Origin: a virus
DNA: 64,000 nucleotides
Virus record (IMG/VR): IMGVR_UViG_3300048589_001082
Location: 1 to 64,000 of that record
Strand: one strand, 5' to 3'
Shown here piece by piece: positions 1-8,815 of this stretch. The translations under genes were made by a program, and so were the position numbers. Within the stretch, counting starts at the first letter, position 1, and every line of letters begins with the position of its first letter. The notes beneath the pieces were generated by a model that did no database searches, had not been told where the DNA came from, and was given only the letters and a program-made list of their open reading frames with translations.

Positions 1-9
1 CACCCCGCC

Positions 10-42
<33 letters not shown>

Positions 43-89
43 ACGGGAGCCGCGGCCGGCCGGCGCTCGCGCCGCCGCCGCTGTATCTC

Positions 90-266
90 CTACAGGTAGA
101 ACTCCGAGGCGCGGACGATGAGCTGCGACCGCGACCAGCCCAGCTCCTCGGCCGTCTCGTCCAGCCGGTGCATCAGGTCGTAGCTCATCCACGCCTGCAC
201 CGTCCGGCCCCTGGCCTCTTCGTTCGGGTCTGTTGCGCGTTGCTGCGCGTTTGTCGTTTGGGTCAC
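90..266 (-). CDS. Ribbon-helix-helix (CopG/Arc-like) DNA-binding protein, 58 aa (not in ORF track)
   Basis: Manual translation from GTG at 266: MTQTTNAQQRATDPNEEARGRTVQAWMSYDLMHRLDETAEELGWSRSQLIVRASEFYL*. GGAGG RBS at 271-275; beta-strand + LD..A..LG.SRS.LI pattern typical of RHH. Confidence 0.75.
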   Translation of the reverse strand: MTQTTNAQQRATDPNEEARGRTVQAWMSYDLMHRLDETAEELGWSRSQLIVRASEFYL

Positions 267-320
267 CACGCCTCCGGGCGGCCGTCACACAGTCGGACAG
301 ACAGACGGCCGCCAACCCTC

Positions 321-349
321 ATGATACCATACCACTTGACAGGATTCAA
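321..349 (-). promoter_or_regulatory. Sigma70-type promoter for the RHH gene
   Basis: Minus strand TTGAAT-17 nt-TATCAT with extended TG. Confidence 0.55.
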
Positions 350-411
350 TAGGCTCTGCCAAGTCGCCGGGCTTACGTCCGCGAGTCGGGCGTTAGCTAT
401 CCGGCTAACGA

Positions 412-1047
412 CTACTCGCCCATGTCCGGGTGGATGTAGACCCCGCGAGCCAGGGGGGCGCGGAAGACGGCCGCCTCGTTGAACGTCTCCCAGTCGATGT
501 CCCGCAGCGCGTCGTGGTCGTAGGTGGCCTGCACCACAAGCGCTTCTTCCACCGCGCCGCCGGCGCCTTCGAGGGTGAACGTCCCGGCCAGCGTCGCCGT
601 GCGGAAGGGCACGCCCGACGCATCGAGCGCCCGCAGGATGACGGCCGCGTCGGTCTTGGCCAGCGACAGGGCCAGGCCCGGCGTCAGGTGGTCGTCCAGC
701 GCCCAGGTCACGCCGATAGAACCCTGGTCATCGAAGAAATCGATCTGGGTAAACTTGCGCCCGCCGTTGACGTCGCGGTTGGACTCGCCCAACAGCCGCA
801 GCAAATCCCGCTCCAGGCGGTCTTTGGGCGGCAGGGTCAGGGTCGCCGTGGCGTCGGCCTCGGCCGCCGTCTCGACCACGGCCGTCGCCGGGGCCGCCTC
901 GGCCGTCTCGGCAATGGCGATGGTGGCGCGGGCGGTGGCCGCGGCCTCATCCAGAACGCCTGTGGCCGACATGACCACGCCGCACAACACCGCCAGCCCC
1001 ACCAGACCCGCGACGACCAGCAACGCCAACTTTACGCCTCGTTTCAT
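412..1047 (-). CDS. Membrane-anchored hypothetical protein, 211 aa
   Basis: N-terminal basic + hydrophobic helix, Ala/Thr-rich linker, globular C-terminus; GGAGG RBS; extended -10 (TGcTATAAT) at 1088-1096. Confidence 0.75.
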   Translation of the reverse strand: MKRGVKLALLVVAGLVGLAVLCGVVMSATGVLDEAAATARATIAIAETAEAAPATAVVETAAEADATATLTLPPKDRLERDLLRLLGESNRDVNGGRKFTQIDFFDDQGSIGVTWALDDHLTPGLALSLAKTDAAVILRALDASGVPFRTATLAGTFTLEGAGGAVEEALVVQATYDHDALRDIDWETFNEAAVFRAPLARGVYIHPDMGE

Positions 1048-1113
1048 AACTATCCCCTCCGGGTTCTATTGTGGACAGACGCGGCCGATTATAGCAGAGC
1101 AGGGCAGGGGGAG

Positions 1114-1291
1114 AAAAAGGCAGAGGGCCGAAGGAGTGACCCCCACGGCCCTCGCGTCCGCCGGCCGAAGCCGACGGAGGGGCAAGAAAACCGGATACCC
1201 GCCGGCTACGGGGCGATCGACTCCGGCCGGTGCGCGCGTGCACTCGCAACCGGCCATCAGCGCCAATCCACGCCCACTTGCTGGGACTTAT
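1114..1291 (-). ncRNA. Candidate structured small RNA (~175 nt)
   Basis: Promoter TTGGCG-18-TATACT (1298-1327), hairpins including a C(UUCG)G stem at 1157-1178, terminator-like stem 1123-1153 followed by a U5 tract; no convincing ORF. Confidence 0.45.
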
Positions 1292-1386
1292 GAGCGCAGT
1301 ATAGCCGATGGAGCTATCCCGCGCCAATCCGTGGCGATAAGTTACAAATCCCTGCCACTTGCGGCAACGGCCGCCGTGGCGGCCGG

Positions 1387-1914
1387 CTAATCCAGCTCAT
1401 CCCGCAGCCCCAGGAGCGACCGGGCATCCTCCAGCGACGCCACGCGGGTGATGGTCACGCGGCCGTCGGCGTCCTCGACGCGCACCGCGTAGGCGTCGTC
1501 GGGCAGCCGCCGCGCCTCGAAGGTGACGTCGCCGTGCGTGCCGCGGATGACGGCCGCCTCGCCCGGCGCGGCCTCGACCGCGGCCATGCCTGCCAGCAGC
1601 GCTTCCAGTCCGGCGCCCTCTTCCAGCAGGATGCGCGTCTGGGTCAGGAAGCGCACCGCGTCGGGGGCGGCCAGGGGCAGGGCGGCGGCGGCCCGCGCCA
1701 CGGCGTCGGCGCTCGTCTCGCGGGCGATGCGGCGGCCGACCTGCGCCCGCGCCGCGCCGGAGAGGGCTTCCATTGCCCCCAGCCAGGCGCGGAACGCCTC
1801 GCCGGCGGCGATGGGGTCATAGGGAAAGGCTGTCACCGCCGCGCGGTAGCGGCCGTACAGTTCGACCGTGCGGGCGGCGGCGTCGATGGTCTGCTGTTTG
1901 GTACTCGCGTTCAT
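1387..1914 (-). CDS. Hypothetical protein
   Basis: Start moved to MNASTK (ATGA overlap with upstream stop at 1911-1913; GAGGA RBS). Confidence 0.7.
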   Translation of the reverse strand: MNASTKQQTIDAAARTVELYGRYRAAVTAFPYDPIAAGEAFRAWLGAMEALSGAARAQVGRRIARETSADAVARAAAALPLAAPDAVRFLTQTRILLEEGAGLEALLAGMAAVEAAPGEAAVIRGTHGDVTFEARRLPDDAYAVRVEDADGRVTITRVASLEDARSLLGLRDELD

Positions 1915-2240
1915 TCGTTCCTCGCGCTGTCCCAATCCCACCACGCGCCCGGCGGTTCGGGATTGGGGTAGAAGTGGGTTGGTTTATCGGAGATAAGCCA
2001 GTCGCCCTGCAACCACTGCCGGCCGTAGGGTACGTTAATATCCAGAAAAGCGGGCGTCACGCCCAACCTAGGCGTATAGACCATGTACTCGCATTCGGCC
2101 GCAGGCGACTCACGGTCAATCGGCCGCGGCCTCAGCGCGTCCACCATCGCTCGTAGCCGGTCGCGCTCGGCCCGCAGCTCATCGACCTGGGCCTTGAGTT
2201 CCTGGCATTGCCCCGTGCAACGGGCCGGTTCGTTTGTCAT
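1911..2240 (-). CDS. Hypothetical phage protein (coiled coil + C-terminal DUF551-like PTHF..P.PP segment)
   Basis: ORF track; RBS AGGGAG; coupled to neighbours. Confidence 0.65.
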   Translation of the reverse strand: MTNEPARCTGQCQELKAQVDELRAERDRLRAMVDALRPRPIDRESPAAECEYMVYTPRLGVTPAFLDINVPYGRQWLQGDWLISDKPTHFYPNPEPPGAWWDWDSARNE

Positions 2241-2329
2241 GCGTCTCCCTGCGGGGAAGGGAGACGACGCTTTGAGGCGGCCGTGTTAATGGTCAGTAGC
2301 TCGACCGGGGTGGGGGCATCGCTGCTCAC
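2237..2329 (-). CDS. 30-aa small ORF
   Basis: MSSDAPTPVELLTINTAASKRRLPSPQGDA*; GGAGG RBS; GTGA and ATGA overlaps at both ends. Confidence 0.45.
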   Translation of the reverse strand: MSSDAPTPVELLTINTAASKRRLPSPQGDA

Positions 2330-2565
2330 GAGCAGCCTCCGCGCTGATCGGCCAGCGTCGCGCACATAAACTCGCGCGTCAGGTAGCCGGCCACGTCGCC
2401 CGGCACGCCGCGCGTCACCAGTTCGTTGTAGAAGGTCGCGTACAGCGCGGCCGTGGCCGCGACGGCGGCCGAGGGCGTGTCGTTCATCGCCGCGCCCAGC
2501 CAGGCCAACTTGCCGTTGTCGGCCGGCGGCCCGGACGCCGCGCCGGTGGGGTGGGGGTCACTCAT
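2326..2565 (-). CDS. Hypothetical protein, 79 aa
   Basis: ORF track; follows an AT-rich promoter-like segment at 2571-2645. Confidence 0.6.
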   Translation of the reverse strand: MSDPHPTGAASGPPADNGKLAWLGAAMNDTPSAAVAATAALYATFYNELVTRGVPGDVAGYLTREFMCATLADQRGGCS

Positions 2566-2639
2566 GATGGCTTCCTATATATAGGTAGGTATTTATACTT
2601 AAATTAAGCTGTATTATCGGTAGTTTGACTAATATGCGC

Positions 2640-3059
2640 TTATACTAGGTAAACCGGTTCCGGTTCCTTGAACCACGGCTCATCCGTGTCCTTCTCGAAT
2701 GCATCCAGGTATTGGGAGACGATGGCCGTGCGGTGCTCGGCCGGCAGGCTGCTGAAGATTTCGGTAGATGTGTCGGCCGCGCGGATATTGAACAACCGGT
2801 TGTCGTCGCCCGCAAGTCTGGCAATCCAGCTCTGCTCGACGGCGCGCCGGTCGCCGGACTCGATCTCTTCCAGAACGTCCATGACCACACACTCGCGACC
2901 GTTTTCGGCCAGCCAGCGCTTTAGCTCCCGGTTGCCCTTCGTCGGCCGTCTCTCGGCGTCGTAGAAATGGCTCAGGAAACGCGCGTCCGGGTCGGCCGTC
3001 GAGCCGACGTAGCGATACTCATCTTCCCACTGCAACCGCAACCCGTAGACGTAAAACAT
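2640..3059 (-). CDS. GIY-YIG nuclease family protein, 139 aa
   Basis: Start moved to MFYVYGL (AGGAG RBS). YVY...YVGST, R..SH, E..WI and LFN motifs of GIY-YIG. Confidence 0.85.
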   Translation of the reverse strand: MFYVYGLRLQWEDEYRYVGSTADPDARFLSHFYDAERRPTKGNRELKRWLAENGRECVVMDVLEEIESGDRRAVEQSWIARLAGDDNRLFNIRAADTSTEIFSSLPAEHRTAIVSQYLDAFEKDTDEPWFKEPEPVYLV

Positions 3060-3112
3060 GATACGCTCCTGTCTTGCTTGGCAAGTCACAGGAGCGCGTG
3101 CTACACTACCCC

Positions 3113-3172
3113 CGTGTCTGGCCCTAATCCAGTCACCGTGCCCTGGGGCGTTGACGCGCCGCCGGGGCTTTT
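3113..3172 (+). ncRNA. Candidate cis-antisense RNA to the GIY-YIG leader
   Basis: Plus-strand TTGGCA-18-TACACT with extended TG (3078-3107); ends in GC hairpin + TTTT at about 3140-3172. Confidence 0.45.
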
Positions 3173-3182
3173 CACTCAGAGT

Positions 3183-3200
3183 ATTATAGCACATTTGTTC
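3183..3200 (-). promoter_or_regulatory. Extended -10 promoter overlapped by LexA-box-like site
   Basis: Minus strand GAACAAATGTGC-TATAAT; one mismatch to GAAC-N4-GTTC. Confidence 0.55.
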
Positions 3201-3223
3201 CAATTCATCCCAACTGGTTGAGA

Positions 3224-3251
3224 GGCAACACGGCCGCGCGGCCGTGTTGCC
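3224..3251. repeat. Perfect 28-bp palindrome (hairpin)
   Basis: GGCAACACGGCCGC|GCGGCCGTGTTGCC. Confidence 0.9.
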
Positions 3252-3283
3252 CGCTTCGCCTACAGCCTGGACAGCGTGGTAAC

Positions 3284-3571
3284 TCACCACTCCCCGCGGT
3301 CTCTCGCGTCGCCCCGGAAACGTAGGTTTTGCCACACGGATGAGGTTTCCTCTGCTGCCTGTTTCCGCGACCAGTAGATGTGGCGGATTACTTGCCCATC
3401 CCGGTCGCACACACGCGCGGTAACTGTGTCGTTCGGTGCGGCCAGGTTCTCCAGCGCGGCGCGGAAGGCCCGCTCGGCCTCGGCCGCGCGGGTGATGACC
3501 ACCGACTCGATCACCAGATACCAGCTTACGGCAATGCCGACAAACAGCGCCAGCACTCCAATGTCGCTCAT
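3284..3571 (-). CDS. Small membrane protein, 95 aa
   Basis: N-terminal hydrophobic helix; GAGGA RBS. Confidence 0.65.
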   Translation of the reverse strand: MSDIGVLALFVGIAVSWYLVIESVVITRAAEAERAFRAALENLAAPNDTVTARVCDRDGQVIRHIYWSRKQAAEETSSVWQNLRFRGDARDRGEW

Positions 3572-3583
3572 TCCTCTTGTCTC

Positions 3584-3808
3584 CTAGCCGCGCCGGCGGG
3601 CAATCGACAGCCCCACCAGCACAATCCCGATTAGCGCCGCGAATACCCCCAGGAGCATCACCCCCTGAGGGTCGTCGCGCAGCACCCCGGCCGCGCCGCC
3701 GGCGGCCACCAGCGAGGTGAAGCACCCCGCGCCCAGCAGCACCAGGCCCGCCAGCAGGATGCAGCCCACGCCCGCGCGCCCGTTTTGCTCCTTACCTCTG
3801 TTCGACAT
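3584..3808 (-). CDS. Small two-TM membrane protein, 74 aa
   Basis: Two hydrophobic segments. Confidence 0.65.
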   Translation of the reverse strand: MSNRGKEQNGRAGVGCILLAGLVLLGAGCFTSLVAAGGAAGVLRDDPQGVMLLGVFAALIGIVLVGLSIARRRG

Positions 3809-3877
3809 CTATCTAACCCCTGACGCGCCTCCCGCGCGCCTGGCGCGATTACCGGTACGTAGCCTGCACGCCCGCCG

Positions 3878-6800
3878 TCACCCCAGCTTCAGGCAGGGAA
3901 TGACTTCCATCACCGGCGGCTCCTGGCCCTCGCCGCCCGGCACGATCCACGAGTGGTCGCCCGACGAGGAGCGCCACCCCACCAGCCCGCCCGGTTGCGC
4001 AGCCGTGCGCCGGGCGTAGAAGTAGACCTCGGCCGGCGCGCCGCCGGGCGCGGTCAGCCAGTGCAGCTCGACCACGTCGCGCAGCGTCACGCCGCCCTCG
4101 CTCGTCCATGTGGCGTGCCGGGCGGCGAACTTGAGCCACGTCCGGTGGTAGCCCTCCTTCGGCTCGGCCGCCTTGCGGCAGTCGCCCTTATAGTAGAAGG
4201 ACACCAGCGGGTTGCGCTCGTAGGTCTGGCCCACCGTCCACCGGCGCGGGCACCACGGCGCGCCGTAGGTCAGGCCGTCGCGCCGCTGCACGTAGTACTT
4301 GCCGCCGCCGGGCGAGGTGTCCACCCCCCGGTAGACGGCCGCCGCGTCGGCCCAGAACTCCTCGAACTCGCCGCTCTTGACCTGGTAGAAGCGGCCGTTC
4401 CGCTCGACGGTCGTCAACCGCTGGTGGCCGTCGCGCCCACCGATGAGGTAGGCCAGCACGTGGACGCGGCCGTCGCCCCACAGGTACTCGGTCATATCGA
4501 TCGACGCCTGGGGCGGCGGCGCGGGCGGCGGGATGGTCGGCGGCGCGGCGACCAGCGGGCGGCCGTCCTCCCAGACGAATATCCGGTCGTAGCGCGGCAC
4601 TTCACACCAGTAGACCCGCAGCGGAGACTTGGCCCCCGGCGGCAGGGCGCGCATGTAGCGGTAGTGCTTGCCGCCGATCATCACCCCGCGCTCGCCGGGA
4701 ATGGGCGAGAAACCATCGGCCACGATCCGGGCGTGCAGGGCGAAGGTCGGGTTCCACTCCAGCGCCTCGACCGCGGCGACGCGCCACACTTCCGGCCCCG
4801 GAGCCGCCGCCGCCGGCCGCTGGCACAGCGCCCGCCACTCGGCGGCCGTGCCGCTGAACCGGTTGATGTCCAGCGCCTTCGACTGCACGCCCCAGGCGGC
4901 CCGGTCGGCGCTGATGTCCCGCACCTCGTGCTGCCACAGCGTCCAGGCCGTCCACGGCGCGGGCACGATCGGCCGCGCCGCGCTCGTCCAGGCGGCGATC
5001 CACAGCCGGTGGCGACTGCCCCACGCCGGGGCGCGCAGGGAGTTGCGCCAGTAGTTGAGCGAGGTGTAGATGATGGGCGGCTCGCCCAGTAGCGCTTCCA
5101 GCCTGTCCAGGTAGGCCCGCGCCCGCGCGGCCGTGTCCGGCCCCACGCCGGTCGGCTCCTCGAAGTCGGCGCACACCAGCCGCGGCGCGCCCACCTCGGT
5201 AATCAGGGCGGCGACCTTCTCGGCCTGCTGCACCGGGTCGAGCGACGGCCGCCAGTAGTGGTAGGTCAGGAAGGGCACGCCGTGACGGGCGGCCTCGGCC
5301 ACGTTGCGCCGCAGTTGGGTGTCCGTGCCCAGCCCGTCGCCCAGGCGGATGATCGCGCCGCCAATGCGCTTAGCCAGCGTCTCCCAGCGAATCTCCCCCT
5401 GGTGGTGGCTGACGTCTACCACCGGCGGGACAAGCGGCGGTTGCGGTTCCGGCGCGGGCGGCGGCGCGGGCGGCGGCGGCTCGACCGGCGGCGGCTCCGG
5501 GGCCGGTTCGGCCGCCGCCTGGCGCAGCTCCAGCGCGTCGAGGAACACCCCGTTCTGCGGCAGCGCGAACGGCAGGATAAAGTCCAGCTTCAGGTCGAAG
5601 GCCGCCGCCGGGGCGTCGAACGTCACGACGATGTGGTTCCACTGCCCCGGACGCAGCGCCAGCCAGCCCCCGGCCGTCGAGCCGGCGGTGACGTGCGCCC
5701 ACTCCGGGCGGCCGCCCGTCACGGCCTTGTCGCCCACGCGCACCCGGAACAGTCCGTCGCGCTGCTGGGGGTCGTTGGCCCAAATCTTGGCCTGCTCCGG
5801 CTTGGAGGTGTAGCCCTTGACCAGATCGGGAAAGACCGGCACGACCAGCCGCAGGCGGCGCGGCGCGACCGAAGCCGCGACCTGGGTAATGAGCGTGGCG
5901 TTGATCGCCCCGCCCCCCTTAAAGAGCTTCAGCGTGTGCCCGCCCTCCAGGATGAGGGCCTGCGGCTGGCCCTTGCGCTCGTCGGGGGCCAGCTTGCCTT
6001 CCGGCAGCCGGTTCATCTCCGGCCGCAGGAAGGGCCACTCCGACAGGGGATTGGGCCACGCGCCGTCTTTGGTCTCGCGCCAGTTGATGCGCCATCCGTT
6101 CGGTACTTGAAGTGCCATGATGGGGTAGCCGTTGGCGTCGTCGGGGTGGTAGTGCCCCTCCTCCCACCCGGCGTTGACCAAGAGGTTGGCGGCCGTCGGG
6201 GGCGGCGCGGGAATGGGCGCGGGGGCCGGGGGCGGCGCGGGCGTCGGGGGTGGCGTTGGCTCCCCACCCAGAGGCGGCGCGTCGCGGGCGATGATCGCTT
6301 GCGTCAGCGGCTCCATATAGCCGTTCATCTTCCGGCCCAGATCGCCCCAGGCCGCGCCTTCCTTGCCCAGTGTCCACAGGGCCAGCCCGCGCACTTCCGG
6401 CCGGGCGTAGAGGCGGCCGTAGGCGGTGACGATCTGCCCCACCCCATCGGCCGCCTCCGGCGCGTCATTGAGCGTCCAGCCGAACTCGGTCACGAACAGG
6501 GTCGGCCACGGCCGTGGGATGGCCTGCCAGCGGCCGACCAGCGCCGGCGCGTCGAGGGTGTCGGCCCGCAGGCTGTACTCATGCACGTCCAGGGCCAGCG
6601 TGTCGGGGTTGGCCCGCAGCAGCTTCAATAGCTCGGTCATGCGCGGCCCGGCCCACTGCCACGGCTCCGGCGTGCCCGGCGACCAGCCGAAGAGCGTCAG
6701 CCGCACCCCCTCGGCCGCGGCGTGTTCGGCCAGCCGCAGGGCGTGGGCGGCCAGCCACTCGCTGTTGTCCCAATAGATGCCGCCGTTCCACGTCACCAGC

Positions 6801-7198
6801 TTCCGGTACGGCCCCGGCCCGCCCATTTCCAGGTCTTCCGGTGAGAGCACAAAGGCCGGTTCGTTGGTGATGCCGAACCAGACCACATCCCGGTCGAGCT
6901 CCTTGGGCCACTTCAGCCGGTGGTACTCCCACTGGCGCGTGGCCGCCTCGCGCGGGTCGAGGCCGTACTCCGGCACGTCGAAGTCGGCGTGGCGGTAGAC
7001 CAGGGCCGCGGCGCGCCGGCGCTCGCGCGACCAGCCCGCCCGCTGCATCTTGTCCTGGGCCTCCCACACCGGCCCGGCGGCGTTGATGCTCATCACCACC
7101 GGGGGTATCCCGGCGGCGATGAGCGGGTCGAGGTAGCGCGCCCCCCACCCGTCGGCCGCATTGACGCTCGTGAACTTGAACCCGATGGGCATCTTCAT
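3878..7198 (-). CDS. Multi-domain endolysin: clan GH-A-like barrel + beta-sandwich + GH25 muramidase + C-terminal domains
   Basis: GH25 motifs DVSHHQG, DFEE, IYTS, LWIAAW, WQH, LDIN; N-terminal NEP...HEY...VTEFGW; Pro-rich linkers. Start moved to MKMPIG (GGGAG upstream). Confidence 0.85.
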   Translation of the reverse strand: MKMPIGFKFTSVNAADGWGARYLDPLIAAGIPPVVMSINAAGPVWEAQDKMQRAGWSRERRRAAALVYRHADFDVPEYGLDPREAATRQWEYHRLKWPKELDRDVVWFGITNEPAFVLSPEDLEMGGPGPYRKLVTWNGGIYWDNSEWLAAHALRLAEHAAAEGVRLTLFGWSPGTPEPWQWAGPRMTELLKLLRANPDTLALDVHEYSLRADTLDAPALVGRWQAIPRPWPTLFVTEFGWTLNDAPEAADGVGQIVTAYGRLYARPEVRGLALWTLGKEGAAWGDLGRKMNGYMEPLTQAIIARDAPPLGGEPTPPPTPAPPPAPAPIPAPPPTAANLLVNAGWEEGHYHPDDANGYPIMALQVPNGWRINWRETKDGAWPNPLSEWPFLRPEMNRLPEGKLAPDERKGQPQALILEGGHTLKLFKGGGAINATLITQVAASVAPRRLRLVVPVFPDLVKGYTSKPEQAKIWANDPQQRDGLFRVRVGDKAVTGGRPEWAHVTAGSTAGGWLALRPGQWNHIVVTFDAPAAAFDLKLDFILPFALPQNGVFLDALELRQAAAEPAPEPPPVEPPPPAPPPAPEPQPPLVPPVVDVSHHQGEIRWETLAKRIGGAIIRLGDGLGTDTQLRRNVAEAARHGVPFLTYHYWRPSLDPVQQAEKVAALITEVGAPRLVCADFEEPTGVGPDTAARARAYLDRLEALLGEPPIIYTSLNYWRNSLRAPAWGSRHRLWIAAWTSAARPIVPAPWTAWTLWQHEVRDISADRAAWGVQSKALDINRFSGTAAEWRALCQRPAAAAPGPEVWRVAAVEALEWNPTFALHARIVADGFSPIPGERGVMIGGKHYRYMRALPPGAKSPLRVYWCEVPRYDRIFVWEDGRPLVAAPPTIPPPAPPPQASIDMTEYLWGDGRVHVLAYLIGGRDGHQRLTTVERNGRFYQVKSGEFEEFWADAAAVYRGVDTSPGGGKYYVQRRDGLTYGAPWCPRRWTVGQTYERNPLVSFYYKGDCRKAAEPKEGYHRTWLKFAARHATWTSEGGVTLRDVVELHWLTAPGGAPAEVYFYARRTAAQPGGLVGWRSSSGDHSWIVPGGEGQEPPVMEVIPCLKLG

Positions 7199-7346
7199 GT
7201 GTATTCCCGCTCCCACGGCCGCGCGACGCAACTGCCCGCAACCGCGACATGGGCGGGCGGCCCAGCCACGGCCGTCCCGCCCCGCTACCACTACACTCTT
7301 CTCTTAATCCGCTACGCGCGGCTGCATCCGGTACGTTCCACCCCGC

Positions 7347-7374
7347 ATTATAATCGCAACCAATCTCAACGCAA
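7347..7374 (-). promoter_or_regulatory. Promoter upstream of endolysin containing the repeated GGTTGCGATT motif
   Basis: TTGCGT-16-TATAAT; spacer contains GTTGAGATTGGTTGCGATT. Confidence 0.5.
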
Positions 7375-7384
7375 CAAGGCGCGA

Positions 7385-8449
7385 TTAACGATGCACGGCG
7401 CTCAGGTACTTGGAGGCCGCCCGCAGGTTCGACGTGCCCCAGAAGTCACCGTCCTCATCGACCACGACCACCACGGCCGTGGCTCCGTTGGGCGCGGGGA
7501 AGCCGGAGGCCACGGCGTAGTCGTCATCGACCTTGTAGCTGCCGCACAGGCACGACAGCGCCGTCTGCCCGCGGTTGTTGAACTCGCGCACCACGCCCGA
7601 TGCGTGGGTGTGGGCGGCCACGCCCACCCGCCAGTAGTACGACCCGTCGAACTTGGCCTCGCGCTCGGTGGCGTGGGTGGGGTTGTAGATCGACGCCCCG
7701 CGCCACTTGTGCCGGGCCTTGAAGGGCACGGCCGCCTCGCCCACCTGCACCGTGAAGCGCAACTCGTGGGGGTGGTAGAGGATGTGGCGGCCGACGATCT
7801 GTTCCGTGACCTCGCGGAAGTAGTCCACCCCCGCCAGTAGTCCCGTCCAGTTGTCGTGGTTGCCGGCCACCGAGGCCACCAGCCGCGGGGCGATTCTTCT
7901 CAGCACCCGCCGCACCAGTGCCCACTCCTCGGAGATGCGGAAGGGGGTCTGGTCAACCCGCAGCGCCAGCAGCTTGCCGACGATGAAGTTGTCGAGCAAG
8001 TCCCCCACGGCGACGATGTAGAGGCCCGGTGTGGCAAGGATGTGGTCTATCTCGCGGTCGATGCGTTCGTAATCGACCCCCTCCCCGCCCAGGTGCAGGT
8101 CGGCCAGGAAGGCCAGACCCACTGCGCCGTAGTCGAACACCAGGCGCCCTTCGCGGGTGCGGGCCGCCAGTCGCTTGCGGCTCAACTCCACCGCCCGCTG
8201 CCAGACGGCCTCTTCGTCAATCCCTTCCAGTTCGGAAAGCGCCCCTTCGATGATGGGTACGGCCGCCGGGGGCCGGTACTTGGGGTCGGATTCGCGGGCC
8301 AGCCGGTCGCGGAACCCATACACCTTGCGCCGCACCGAGGTGGGCGTCATGCCGGGAAACAGGGGGTAAACGGTGTCGAACTTGCCGCCACTGCGTTGCC
8401 ACAGGTCTAGCGCCTGGACCATCAGCGTCTCATCCGTTGCCGGTGTCAA
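7385..8449 (-). CDS. Calcineurin-like metallophosphoesterase
   Basis: DLHLG, GDLLD, GNHD, RH and AHTH motifs; TTG start at 8449 with GAGGAG RBS. Confidence 0.85.
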   Translation of the reverse strand: MTPATDETLMVQALDLWQRSGGKFDTVYPLFPGMTPTSVRRKVYGFRDRLARESDPKYRPPAAVPIIEGALSELEGIDEEAVWQRAVELSRKRLAARTREGRLVFDYGAVGLAFLADLHLGGEGVDYERIDREIDHILATPGLYIVAVGDLLDNFIVGKLLALRVDQTPFRISEEWALVRRVLRRIAPRLVASVAGNHDNWTGLLAGVDYFREVTEQIVGRHILYHPHELRFTVQVGEAAVPFKARHKWRGASIYNPTHATEREAKFDGSYYWRVGVAAHTHASGVVREFNNRGQTALSCLCGSYKVDDDYAVASGFPAPNGATAVVVVVDEDGDFWGTSNLRAASKYLSAVHR

Positions 8450-8463
8450 ATGACTCCTCTCTC

Positions 8464-8546
8464 GAAGCGGCGACCCGCCGGCCGCGGCCTGCGCCGCGGG
8501 CGTGGCGCGTGCTACCCTACCGGAGCGCCGGCGGGTCGCCCGCTTC
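8464..8546. repeat. Long inverted repeat (~19-bp stem, ~44-nt loop)
   Basis: GAAGCGGCGACCCGCCGGC ... GCCGGCGGGTCGCC(C)GCTTC. Confidence 0.8.
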
Positions 8547-8575
8547 CAAACGCGCCCCAACACCCAATGGCCATC

Positions 8576-8815
8576 TCAGTTCCATGATAGGGCCGCGGCC
8601 ACGTCCTCCGGTCGAAGGACGGCCGCGCCCACCAGGATGGCCGACGCAATATCGGCCACCTCGTCGTCGCCCATGCCCATCCGCCACGGCAGTAGCCCCA
8701 GCCACACTTCGGCCTCGGCCCGCGTGTCGAAGGTCACGGTTTCCCGGCGGCCGTCACGATACGTGACCGCGACGGCCCCCGGCCCATTCCAGTACTCCTC
8801 GCCCAGACGCAACAT
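8576..8815 (-). CDS. Hypothetical protein, 79 aa
   Basis: ORF track; fits gene packing. Confidence 0.55.
   Translation of the reverse strand: MLRLGEEYWNGPGAVAVTYRDGRRETVTFDTRAEAEVWLGLLPWRMGMGDDEVADIASAILVGAAVLRPEDVAAALSWN

Noticed and set aside
2571-2645. AT-rich stretch as replication origin
   Set aside because: No iterons or initiator gene nearby; better explained as a promoter region at the edge of the GIY-YIG cassette.
3060-3725. Long N-terminal extension of the GIY-YIG ORF
   Set aside because: Overlaps two better-supported membrane genes and the regulatory leader; motif and RBS put the start at 3059.
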